Assembly (NCBI GenBank): GCA_041691235.1
Contig: JBEPVC010000001.1
Span: forward strand, 1-54,204
Length of the DNA stretch: 54,204 bases
Source: Chitinophagaceae bacterium
GTDB lineage: Bacteria; Bacteroidota; Bacteroidia; Chitinophagales; Chitinophagaceae
Reading direction: 5' to 3'
Part shown: piece by piece, positions 10,860 to 19,668 of the stretch
Layout of the letters: every line of letters begins with the position of its first letter
Numbering within the stretch: the stretch's first letter is position 1
Notes under the pieces: generated by a model
Told to the model about the DNA's origin: nothing
Database searches by the model: none
The model's input: only the letters and a program-made list of their open reading frames with translations
Program-made: the position numbers and the translations under genes

Positions 10860-11621
10860 TTGAACCAGACTATTTACGCCAGGGAACTGACAAAACATTA
10901 CGGTAAGCGAACTATTACCGATAAAGTTTCTTTTGAAGTAGGGCAGGGAGAAATTGTCGGACTTCTCGGGCCTAACGGTGCCGGCAAAACGACATCGTTT
11001 TACCAGGTAGTCGGTTTGGTAAAGTCTGACGATGGAAAAGTTTTTTTAAACGAGCTCGATATAACAAAGCTTCCTATGTATAAGCGTGCTCAAATGGGCC
11101 TTGGTTACTTGCCGCAGGAAGCCAGTGTTTTTAGAAAACTTACTGTAGAAGATAATATTTCAGCAGTTTTGGAAATGACAAAACTTTCGAAAAAAGATCA
11201 AAAGGAAAAACTTGAAACCCTTATCTCGGAATTTAATCTTAGTCATGTGCGAAAAAGTAATGGCGATGTGTTAAGCGGTGGTGAAAGAAGACGTACAGAA
11301 ATAGCCCGGGCACTTGCTGTAGATCCAAAATTTATTTTACTGGATGAACCTTTTGCCGGAATAGATCCCATTGCCGTTGAGGATATTCAATCTATTGTTA
11401 CTAAATTAAAATATAAAAACATTGGTATCCTCATCACCGATCACAATGTAAATGAAACCTTATCAATTTGCGATAGGGCCTATCTCCTCATTGAAGGAAA
11501 AATATATAAGCATGGCACGGCTGAAGAACTCGCAAAAGATGAGCAGGTGCGTCGTTTATATCTTGGAAGAAATTTCGAACTCAAAAGAAAAGATTACCTG
11601 CATACTGATGCGATAAAATAA
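10860..11621 (+). CDS. lptB: LPS export ABC transporter ATP-binding protein
   Basis: [54 protein letters not shown]. Confidence 0.96.
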   Translation: MNQTIYARELTKHYGKRTITDKVSFEVGQGEIVGLLGPNGAGKTTSFYQVVGLVKSDDGKVFLNELDITKLPMYKRAQMGLGYLPQEASVFRKLTVEDNISAVLEMTKLSKKDQKEKLETLISEFNLSHVRKSNGDVLSGGERRRTEIARALAVDPKFILLDEPFAGIDPIAVEDIQSIVTKLKYKNIGILITDHNVNETLSICDRAYLLIEGKIYKHGTAEELAKDEQVRRLYLGRNFELKRKDYLHTDAIK

Positions 11622-11746
11622 TTTGTAAATTGTTTTATGGTCAAATTGTTTATATGTTTACCAAAGCGGTTGCGTCTGTAAAAGGTATCAACTATTAACG
11701 ATGCTTTAAGCGTAATGCCTTTTGAAAAGTAGTCAAAAAAATTTGC

Positions 11747-13255
11747 ATGAAGTTACTCAGTCCTGCCATATCACGTTTAGCAAGGTTGCGCCTGTGGCAG
11801 GTTGAGAACTGGATTGGTAATCCAGTAGCGGTGCAACGAAATGTTTTACAACACCTGGTAACCCAGGCTCAATACACAGAGTTTGGCCGTAAATATTCTT
11901 TCTCAAAACTTTTTACAGTTAAGGATTTTAAGAACAAAGTACCAATTCATGAATATGATGATATAAAACCTTATATCCTCAGGATGATGAATGGAGAAGA
12001 AAATATTTTATGGAACACACCGATTAATTGGTTTGCAAAAAGCAGCGGCACTACTTCAGATAAAAGTAAATTCATTCCTATAAGCGAAGAAAGCCTTAAG
12101 GAAATTCATTTTAAAGGATCAAAGGATGTACTAACCAATTATTATAAAAATTTTCCTGATAGTGATTTACTCACAGGTAAAAGCCTTGTTGTTGGCGGCA
12201 GTCATCAGGTACACACTGTAAATGAAGATATTCAATACGGAGACCTCAGCGCAGTGCTTATGCAGAATACACCGTTTTGGGGACACTGGATTAGAACGCC
12301 CGACTTAAGCATTGCCTTGCTTGATGAATGGGAAAGTAAAATTGAAAAACTGGCTCAAAATACAATCAGCGAAAATGTAACCTCATTAGCCGGTGTTCCC
12401 ACGTGGACAATTGTTTTAATAAAAAAGATTCTTGAGATTTCCGGTAAAAAAACATTGAAAGAAGTGTGGCCCAATCTAGAGTTATATATTCACGGCGGAG
12501 TTTCGTTTACTCCTTACCGTGAGCAATTGACAAGACTGGTTGGCAGCCCCATTAATTATCTTGAAATGTATAATGCCAGTGAAGGTTTTTTTGCTGCGCA
12601 AAATATGCCGGATGATGATGGCATGCTCCTGTTTACAGATCATGGAATCTTTTACGAGTTTATGCCCGTGGAAGAATATGGAAAAGCTGATGCAAAAACA
12701 TTTGGATTAAACCGGGTTGAGCTCAATAGAAATTATGCGCTGGTTATAAGCACCAATGGTGGGCTTTGGCGTTACCTGGTTGGAGACACCATCCAGTTTA
12801 CTTCGCTTCGCCCTTTTAAGATAAAAGTAACAGGCCGATTAAAACATTATATGAATGCTTTTGGTGAAGAGGTGATTGTTGATAACGCTGATAAAGCAGT
12901 TTCAATAGCTTCATCTAAAACAGGTGTCGTTGTTAAGGATTATACGGCTGCGCCCGTTTTTTTTAGTGAGTTTGCAAATGGCGCTCACGAATGGCTCATT
13001 GAATTTGAAAAAGAACCCAAGGATTTAAATGATTTTACGCTTGAGCTTGATAATGCACTTCAATCAATCAACAGCGACTATGAAGCCAAGCGATATAAAA
13101 ATATTGCTTTGCGAATGCCAATCGTTCACTCACTGGAAAACGGAACATTTAATAAATGGCTAAAAAGTAAAGGAAAACTTGGTGGGCAACACAAAGTTCC
13201 AAGATTAAGTAATGAACGAATTTTATTAGATGAAATATTGGCAATGATTAATTGA
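11747..13255 (+). CDS. GH3 (auxin-responsive promoter) family adenylate-forming acyl-amido synthetase, copy 1
   Basis: SSGTT..SK, YNASEG, RYLVGD motifs; C-terminal GGQHKVPRL. Confidence 0.9.
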   Translation: MKLLSPAISRLARLRLWQVENWIGNPVAVQRNVLQHLVTQAQYTEFGRKYSFSKLFTVKDFKNKVPIHEYDDIKPYILRMMNGEENILWNTPINWFAKSSGTTSDKSKFIPISEESLKEIHFKGSKDVLTNYYKNFPDSDLLTGKSLVVGGSHQVHTVNEDIQYGDLSAVLMQNTPFWGHWIRTPDLSIALLDEWESKIEKLAQNTISENVTSLAGVPTWTIVLIKKILEISGKKTLKEVWPNLELYIHGGVSFTPYREQLTRLVGSPINYLEMYNASEGFFAAQNMPDDDGMLLFTDHGIFYEFMPVEEYGKADAKTFGLNRVELNRNYALVISTNGGLWRYLVGDTIQFTSLRPFKIKVTGRLKHYMNAFGEEVIVDNADKAVSIASSKTGVVVKDYTAAPVFFSEFANGAHEWLIEFEKEPKDLNDFTLELDNALQSINSDYEAKRYKNIALRMPIVHSLENGTFNKWLKSKGKLGGQHKVPRLSNERILLDEILAMIN

Positions 13256-13298
13256 TAAAATTCTTTTATTGTAAATTGAATTTTTATAAATAATAAAC

Positions 13299-14048
13299 AT
13301 GAAATTGTTAGAAAATAAAGTAGTTATTGTTACCGGTGGCAGTCGTGGCATTGGAGAAGGAATTGTTTTAAAGCTTGCTGAAAATGGTGCACACGTTGCT
13401 TTCACATATGTGAGCAGCGATGAAAAAGCAAAATCGCTGGAAGAAAAAATTAGAACATTTGGAGTAAAGGCAAAAGCTTATAAAAGCAATGCAGGCATTT
13501 ACGAGGATTGTGAAGCAATGGTAAACGACGTTGTAAAAGAATTTGGGACTGTAGATGTTTGTGTAAACAATGCGGGTATTTCAAAAGACAATTTATTATT
13601 AAGATTAACTGAGGAGCAATGGGATGAAGTAATCAACACAAATCTTAAAAGTGTTTTCAATATGACTAAACAAGTTATTCGCCCAATGATGAAAGCAAAA
13701 AAAGGAAGCATTATCAATATGAGTTCTATTGTTGGTATGCGCGGAAATGCAGGCCAGAGCAGTTATGCAGCAAGTAAAGCGGGTATAATAGGATTTACAA
13801 AATCAATTGCTGCTGAGTTAGGGAGCCGGAATGTAAGATGTAATGCCATAGCTCCAGGCTTTATAGAAACAGATATGACGCATTATTTAAAAGAGGGCGA
13901 AGCAGCAAAATCATTTCTTGATAAAATTCCTTTAGGAAGATTTGGAAGCGCAGAAGAAATTGGAAATGTAACGCTGTTTCTTGCAAGCGATATGAGCTCG
14001 TATATAACGGGCCAGGTAATAAGTACATGTGGCGGATTGAATATGTAA
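13299..14048 (+). CDS. fabG: 3-oxoacyl-ACP reductase
   Basis: TGGSRGIG, NNAGI, YAASK, PGFIETDMT. Confidence 0.93.
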   Translation: MKLLENKVVIVTGGSRGIGEGIVLKLAENGAHVAFTYVSSDEKAKSLEEKIRTFGVKAKAYKSNAGIYEDCEAMVNDVVKEFGTVDVCVNNAGISKDNLLLRLTEEQWDEVINTNLKSVFNMTKQVIRPMMKAKKGSIINMSSIVGMRGNAGQSSYAASKAGIIGFTKSIAAELGSRNVRCNAIAPGFIETDMTHYLKEGEAAKSFLDKIPLGRFGSAEEIGNVTLFLASDMSSYITGQVISTCGGLNM

Positions 14049-14068
14049 TGTCTTTGTAGGATTGTATT

Positions 14069-14830
14069 CTATTTGCTTTTGTTTTTAAATTTTGCAATAG
14101 CATCTTTTGTAAAATCACTCAATACAAGCTTTCCGCTTATGGCAGCTCTTTCGGCAAGAAGTGTATCCCAATTATCGGTTCCATGCCAGAACATTTTTTT
14201 CATTTCCGCCATCGCATCAGGATTGGAGTGGGCCAGCGTTGTTGCAAGCCTGTAAACGGATTCATCCATGTTCTGAACAGATTCGTGAACTTCCGCAAAC
14301 AATCCTTTCTTCTTTGCCCAATCTGCATTTCTCCATAATGTAGCATCTATTGAAAGCTGGCTAAATGCTGATGAACCGATTTTTCTTTCAACAGCCGGAC
14401 CAATTACAAACGGTCCGATACCAATTGACAGCTCGCTCAATTTTATTTCTACTGAGCTTGTAGCAATAGCGTAATCTGCTGCCGCTGCAAGGCCTACACC
14501 GCCCCCAACACATTTACCATGTATCCGGCCAATGATTAGTTTAGTGCATCTGCGCATTGCATTAATAACATTTGCAAAGCCATGAAAAAATTGTAATCCT
14601 TCTTTCTCATTTTTAATTGACATCAATTCACTAAAACTCGCACCTGCGCAGAACGCCCCATCACCGGCGCTCCTTAATATTATCACCCTGGTATCATCTG
14701 TAACGCCTGAATAATGTATCTCCTGCGCCAGCTCATCAAGAATTTTAGCAGGCAATGAGTTGCTTTGAGGATGATAAAATTCTATGGTTGTAATTCCATG
14801 CTCTGTGTGAGATTTAACGTAGCCTTCCAT
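14069..14830 (-). CDS. Enoyl-CoA hydratase/isomerase (crotonase family)
   Basis: AFCAGA, GKCVGGGVGLAAAAD, LSELSIGI; downstream of paaZ. Confidence 0.88.
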   Translation of the reverse strand: MEGYVKSHTEHGITTIEFYHPQSNSLPAKILDELAQEIHYSGVTDDTRVIILRSAGDGAFCAGASFSELMSIKNEKEGLQFFHGFANVINAMRRCTKLIIGRIHGKCVGGGVGLAAAADYAIATSSVEIKLSELSIGIGPFVIGPAVERKIGSSAFSQLSIDATLWRNADWAKKKGLFAEVHESVQNMDESVYRLATTLAHSNPDAMAEMKKMFWHGTDNWDTLLAERAAISGKLVLSDFTKDAIAKFKNKSK

Positions 14831-14870
14831 TGCTAAGAGATAAAAAGTTTAAAAGAGAAAAAGAGATTTA
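14831..14870. repeat. Degenerate short-repeat tract (AAGAG/TGCTAAG, ~9-nt period) on the 3' side of GxxExxY
   Basis: AAGAG at 14835, 14853, 14861; TGCTAAG at 14831. Confidence 0.55.
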
Positions 14871-14901
14871 CATTTTATTCTAAAGTTTTATTATCAGAAT
14901 T

Positions 14902-15288
14902 TTACTCATTGCCAAAATTATTAAAAACTCTATGTATTCCTTCCTTCATTAGGTCAACTTTAAAATTAAGAAGCATCCCATGTTTTAAGTTCATTAGTTT
15001 TAAATAAGTATTTACTTGTTTGAAATGAACAGGCAAAATATTTTCTAACGATTTTATTTCTATAATAATTTTATTTTCCACTAACAAATCTAATTTATAA
15101 GCATCTTTTATGGCAAGAGACTCATATAAAATTGGCATTGTCTTTTGACGCTCTACATTCAATTGTCTTTTATTTAATTCAAAGTATAGCAACTCTTCAT
15201 AAACCCTTTCATAGCAACCCGGCCCTATAGCAGAATGAATTTTAACAGATGCGTCAACTATAATTCCTGTGATTAAATTTGCATCCAT
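14902..15288 (-). CDS. GxxExxY protein (PD-(D/E)XK nuclease superfamily)
   Basis: GPGCYERVY signature; LDLLVENKIIIEIK catalytic-like motif; HFKQVNTYLKL..GMLLNF. Confidence 0.93.
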   Translation of the reverse strand: MDANLITGIIVDASVKIHSAIGPGCYERVYEELLYFELNKRQLNVERQKTMPILYESLAIKDAYKLDLLVENKIIIEIKSLENILPVHFKQVNTYLKLMNLKHGMLLNFKVDLMKEGIHRVFNNFGNE

Positions 15289-15303
15289 ATCTCAATTTTA
15301 TTT

Positions 15304-15364
15304 TCTTACACCACTTAGCACTCTTATTCTTTTCTCTTCGATCTCTTTCCTCTTTTTTCCTCTT
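15304..15364. repeat. Degenerate short-repeat tract (CTCTT/CTTAGCA) on the 5' side of GxxExxY, complementary to 14831-14870
   Basis: CTCTT at 15321, 15334, 15343, 15350, 15360; CTTAGCA at 15314. Confidence 0.55.
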
Positions 15365-17435
15365 AGTCTCGTTTAGCCACCATCGTTAGTATCGTTGCAA
15401 CTCCTACTACCGGCTCTTCTGTTTCATCAAGAATTTCTACATACCATTTTACAATTCCCTTCTGTATATCCTGGCCCTTTGTCATTGGGACATCCGGATT
15501 AATTTCTTTTAATTCCTGTTCAACTTTTTCTTTGCATGTAAGGCGAATGAAAATTTCATGCCCCGGATATACAGGTTTTGTAAAACGTAATTCATCAATC
15601 CCGTAGTTAAGTAACACAGGATTTTTTTCAAAGCTATCTACAAACAGTCCTGCCGCTGCGCTCATTATAAAGTAACCATGTGCAACTTGCCGCTCAAACA
15701 TGGTATTTGAAAAATCTGTGTCTTTCATATGCGCATAAAAATGATCGCCGGATAAATCAGCAAATTTATCTATGTCTTCACTTGTAATAATTCTTTTTGC
15801 AGTAATTAATTGTTCCCCGATTTTTAATTCTTCAAAATATTTTTTAAAAGGGTGGACAGTATCGGTAATTCCTTTTGCCTGTGGTTGATAAACATTTGTT
15901 ATCGCTGTAATCATGTTTGGAGAGCCTTGCAATGCGACTCTTTGCATATAATGTTTTACACCTCTTAATCCGCCCATCTCCTCGCCTCCGCCCGCCCTTC
16001 CTGGTCCACCATGAATAAGCGATGGTAGTGGTGAACCATGACCTGTGCTTTCTTTTGCGCAATCATTATTAAGTACTAATATTCTGCCATGATAATTTCC
16101 GGAACCCAATACATATTCCTTCGCAAATTTTTCACTAGCTGTAACAACCGAACTGCATAAAGAACCTTTTCCTTTTTTGGCGAGAGCAATAGCCTCATCA
16201 ATATTTTTGTAGGGCATAACAGTACTCACAGGGCCAAACGCTTCAACGTCATGTGAAGCATTTGTTGAAAAAGGATTTTCATTTTTCAAAAGTATCGGAC
16301 TCATGAATGCTCCCTTTTTTACATCCGCATCAACCAGTTCAACACTATCCAGGCTTCCATAAATTATTTGAGAAGACGCTAATAATTTTTGAATTTGTTC
16401 TAATACTTCCTGTCTTTGAGATTGTCCGGCAAGAGGACCCATTTTTACTTTATCATTTTCAGGATTTCCAATTGTAGTTTGAGATAATGATTTGCTTATC
16501 GCTTTCCATACATCTTCCATTAAATTTTCAGGGACAAAAATTCTGCGAATAGCAGTACATTTCTGTCCTGCTTTACTGGTCATTTCTTTTCTTATTTCTT
16601 TTATAAATATTTCCCACTCGGGCATCCCTGGTTTTACATCATCTCCCAGAACAATACAATTCAAAGAATCTGCCTCAAGATTAAAAGGGACATTTTCATT
16701 AAGTATTTGAGGATTCGATTTTAATTTTAAACCTGTAGACGCAGATCCGGTAAAAGTGATTACATCTTGTGAAATAACATGGTCAAGCATATCACCTGCG
16801 CTTCCGCATATTAATTGCAAAGCTCCTTCAGGTAAAATTTTTGAAGAAATAATTTCCCTTACTACAGCTTCAGTTAAATAAGAAGTTATAGATGCAGGCT
16901 TTACAACTGCGGCTACGCCTGCCAGTAAGTTCACTGCTATTTTTTCAAGCATTCCCCATACGGGGAAATTAAAAGCATTTATATGTATTGCAACACCTTC
17001 TTTGGGAAGTAAAATATGTTGCGCAGAAAAAGTGCCTCCTTTACTCAAGTTGATATTATCTCCATCCAATGCAAATATTTCATCAGGAAGTTTTCTTCGC
17101 AATGATGCATTTGAAAAAAGATTGCCAATGCCGCCTTCAATATCAACCCAGCTGTCCGCTCTGGTTGCGCCGGTTTTATAACTTATCGCATAAAATTTTT
17201 CTTTTTTTTCTAAGAGATGTAGCGCAAGAGCCTTCAACATTCTGCCTCTTTCCTGGAACGTCATTTTTCTTAATGCAGGGCTGCCCTTCGTTCTTCCATA
17301 ATTTAAGATAGCCGCAAAGTCAAGCCCCTTTGTTGTAGCTGCAGCTATTACTTCACCATTTACGGCATTATATAATTCTTGTCCATCGCCGTCTCCTTCA
17401 ATCCATTTCCCCGTTATATAATTCCCCAGTTTCAT
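15363..17435 (-). CDS. paaZ: Phenylacetate degradation bifunctional aldehyde dehydrogenase/MaoC hydratase PaaZ
   Basis: HINAFNFPVWG, FTGS, NLEADSLN, KAGQKCTAIRR, EAFGPV; C-terminal MaoC domain SGDHFYAH..VAHGYF. Confidence 0.95.
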   Translation of the reverse strand: MKLGNYITGKWIEGDGDGQELYNAVNGEVIAAATTKGLDFAAILNYGRTKGSPALRKMTFQERGRMLKALALHLLEKKEKFYAISYKTGATRADSWVDIEGGIGNLFSNASLRRKLPDEIFALDGDNINLSKGGTFSAQHILLPKEGVAIHINAFNFPVWGMLEKIAVNLLAGVAAVVKPASITSYLTEAVVREIISSKILPEGALQLICGSAGDMLDHVISQDVITFTGSASTGLKLKSNPQILNENVPFNLEADSLNCIVLGDDVKPGMPEWEIFIKEIRKEMTSKAGQKCTAIRRIFVPENLMEDVWKAISKSLSQTTIGNPENDKVKMGPLAGQSQRQEVLEQIQKLLASSQIIYGSLDSVELVDADVKKGAFMSPILLKNENPFSTNASHDVEAFGPVSTVMPYKNIDEAIALAKKGKGSLCSSVVTASEKFAKEYVLGSGNYHGRILVLNNDCAKESTGHGSPLPSLIHGGPGRAGGGEEMGGLRGVKHYMQRVALQGSPNMITAITNVYQPQAKGITDTVHPFKKYFEELKIGEQLITAKRIITSEDIDKFADLSGDHFYAHMKDTDFSNTMFERQVAHGYFIMSAAAGLFVDSFEKNPVLLNYGIDELRFTKPVYPGHEIFIRLTCKEKVEQELKEINPDVPMTKGQDIQKGIVKWYVEILDETEEPVVGVATILTMVAKRD

Positions 17436-17546
17436 AAAAAATTTGTGGTAAAGTTATTTTATTTACAAGTAATCATAAAGTAGTAATAACAGCTTCGTCA
17501 CTCACTTTATTATAAAAAATTAAAACTGGCTTAACGAATGAAAAAA

Positions 17547-18008
17547 TCAGGAAAGGCTAAATTGCATTAAATGATGCGTGATATGCTTATGAAGAAGTTG
17601 TATGTTCATATCATAATCCAATTCACCAAAAAATGCATTGGTAGTTTTTAATTCCGCATTGTTTTTAAAGATTGCGAAAAAATAATCCAGCTCATTTTGC
17701 AGTTTCGCAATTGCAGCTTGCATATCCGGATATCGCGTTGGAACAGCTTCTTCCGGAAGTAAAGAATTTTTTGTATTTTCTTTAAAAGGTTTCTCACTCA
17801 TTAAAAATAGTCGCATCTTTTCAAGAGTCTCTCCTTCGCTTACACGGGGCAAAATTAATTTACCATTTGCACTTCGTACTGCACCAACAAGATGTTCAAC
17901 CATTTGTTGCGCATTCATTACTCCCCAGTTTCCTTTTTCATTTCCTTTCAATTTTTTTAAAAGAGGAATAACATCTTCTTTCAAAAAAAATTCTTTTGTA
18001 ATATTCAT
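17547..18008 (-). CDS. DinB/DUF1569-like four-helix protein
   Basis: WGVMNAQQMVEHL and C-terminal HKHITHHLMQF His motif. Confidence 0.75.
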   Translation of the reverse strand: MNITKEFFLKEDVIPLLKKLKGNEKGNWGVMNAQQMVEHLVGAVRSANGKLILPRVSEGETLEKMRLFLMSEKPFKENTKNSLLPEEAVPTRYPDMQAAIAKLQNELDYFFAIFKNNAELKTTNAFFGELDYDMNIQLLHKHITHHLMQFSLS

Positions 18009-18037
18009 GTAAAATAAAAAAGATTAATAGTGAAGTA

Positions 18038-18622
18038 TTATTTTTTTGCCAGTTGCGAATCAATTTCTTTTGAAAGCCTTTCAAAAATATCATCAACACT
18101 TCCTTCTCCTTTTATCAGGACTGCTTTTTTTGCGGCTTTATAATGATCCGCAACGGGAGATGTTTTTTTATGGTATTCCGCTATTCTTGCTTTTATTACC
18201 TGTTCATTACTATCATCTGAGCGCCCGCTTGTTTCTCCACGTTTTACAAGCCTCTTTATAAGTTCTTTCTCTGTTACATCCAAAGCAAGCATTGCGTTAA
18301 TGGAAGATTTTTTTAGCTTAAGCAACCTATCCAAAGCCTCTGCCTGCTTCGCAGTTCGGGGAAAACCATCGAATAAAAATCCTGTTATTTCCGGGTTAGA
18401 ATCCAAAGCAGAACTTATCATACCAATTACAACTTCATCGGGAACAAGTTGTCCCATATCCATGAATTTTTTTGCCTCTAGCCCCAGTGGTGTTTTTTGC
18501 GCAATCTCATTACGAAGCAAATCCCCGGTTGAAAGATGTTTAAGATTATACTTAGCAATCAGTTTTTCAGATTGTGTACCTTTCCCACTACCTGGCGGCC
18601 CAAATAAAATAAGATTAAACAT
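18038..18622 (-). CDS. adk: Adenylate kinase (short LID)
   Basis: GPPGSGKGTQ, STGDLLR, GQLVPD, FDGFPRT, GRSDD. Confidence 0.97.
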   Translation of the reverse strand: MFNLILFGPPGSGKGTQSEKLIAKYNLKHLSTGDLLRNEIAQKTPLGLEAKKFMDMGQLVPDEVVIGMISSALDSNPEITGFLFDGFPRTAKQAEALDRLLKLKKSSINAMLALDVTEKELIKRLVKRGETSGRSDDSNEQVIKARIAEYHKKTSPVADHYKAAKKAVLIKGEGSVDDIFERLSKEIDSQLAKK

Positions 18623-18809
18623 ACTTCTTAAATCCTTGTGAAGGCCAAATATAATGGATGAAGATTAAAATTCCTTACACGTGCCTATTAATGTATAAAA
18701 ACCTTTACCGGTTTACCATATTTTTTTACTTTTTTAAAGTGAACTTTGTTTATTTTCAATCACGTAAAATCAGGGGTACCCTAACATCAATTTTTAAAAA
18801 AATTCGTTT

Positions 18810-19271
18810 ATGAACGAGGATATAAAAAATACCGTTTTTTCAAAAACAAATGAAGACCCGATTGATATCAGCAATGATGAATGGAAAAAAATTCTTCCGC
18901 ACGATGTTTATCACATAGCACGTGAAAAAGGCACTGAGAGGCCTTTCACAGGAAAATGTAATGATCATAATGAGATTGGCACATATTACTGTGCAGTATG
19001 TGGGAATCCGCTTTTTAAGAGCAACGGCAAATTTAATAGCAGTTGCGGATGGCCAAGTTTTTTTGAACCAATAACTAAGGAAAGCATCATTTATCTTCCT
19101 GACCACAGCCATGGAATGAAGAGAACAGAAGTTGAATGTGGAAGATGCAAATCTCACTTGGGTCATGTATTTGAAGATGGCCCGCCACCAACAGGCTTGC
19201 GTTATTGCATCAACTCTGTGATTCTTGATTTCGAAAAAGCAAAAGAAACTGAAAAAGGCACAGGCCTTTAA
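18810..19271 (+). CDS. msrB: Peptide-methionine (R)-S-oxide reductase
   Basis: GTERPF, two CxxC Zn motifs, GWPSF, HLGHVF, RYCINS. Confidence 0.97.
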   Translation: MNEDIKNTVFSKTNEDPIDISNDEWKKILPHDVYHIAREKGTERPFTGKCNDHNEIGTYYCAVCGNPLFKSNGKFNSSCGWPSFFEPITKESIIYLPDHSHGMKRTEVECGRCKSHLGHVFEDGPPPTGLRYCINSVILDFEKAKETEKGTGL

Positions 19272-19299
19272 GAATTTAAATATGAAAGAGCTTTAATGA

Positions 19300-19587
19300 T
19301 TAATCGCGGCGCCCGGTAAAAGCTCTTCGCAATAGCGCAACAATAAAAGTAAAGATTGCAGAGCCGATTACTGCCCATATAATTGGAAATGGTTTGCCGT
19401 CAATTGATATCTCGAAAAAATGGGGAAGTCCCATTTTCCCTGCAAGCCACAATCCGATGTATGCTCCGATAAATCCAACTACAATTGAAACCAGGCAACC
19501 GCCTAAATCGTATCCGGCTATTGACTGGCCTATGCCACCACAAATTGCTGCGATTAATAAAAGCACCAAAAAACCAATAAGTGTCAT
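19300..19587 (-). CDS. GlsB/YeaQ/YmgE (transglycosylase-associated) membrane protein
   Basis: Three Gly-rich TM segments, SIVVGFIGAYIG and AVIGSA motifs. Confidence 0.85.
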   Translation of the reverse strand: MTLIGFLVLLLIAAICGGIGQSIAGYDLGGCLVSIVVGFIGAYIGLWLAGKMGLPHFFEISIDGKPFPIIWAVIGSAIFTFIVALLRRAFTGRRD

Positions 19588-19668
19588 AAATTGAATTTTT
19601 CTGAAATATAAAGAATTTTTTGATTAATAATTATTGTTATATTTTTTGGTAATAAGAGAAATAAACAC

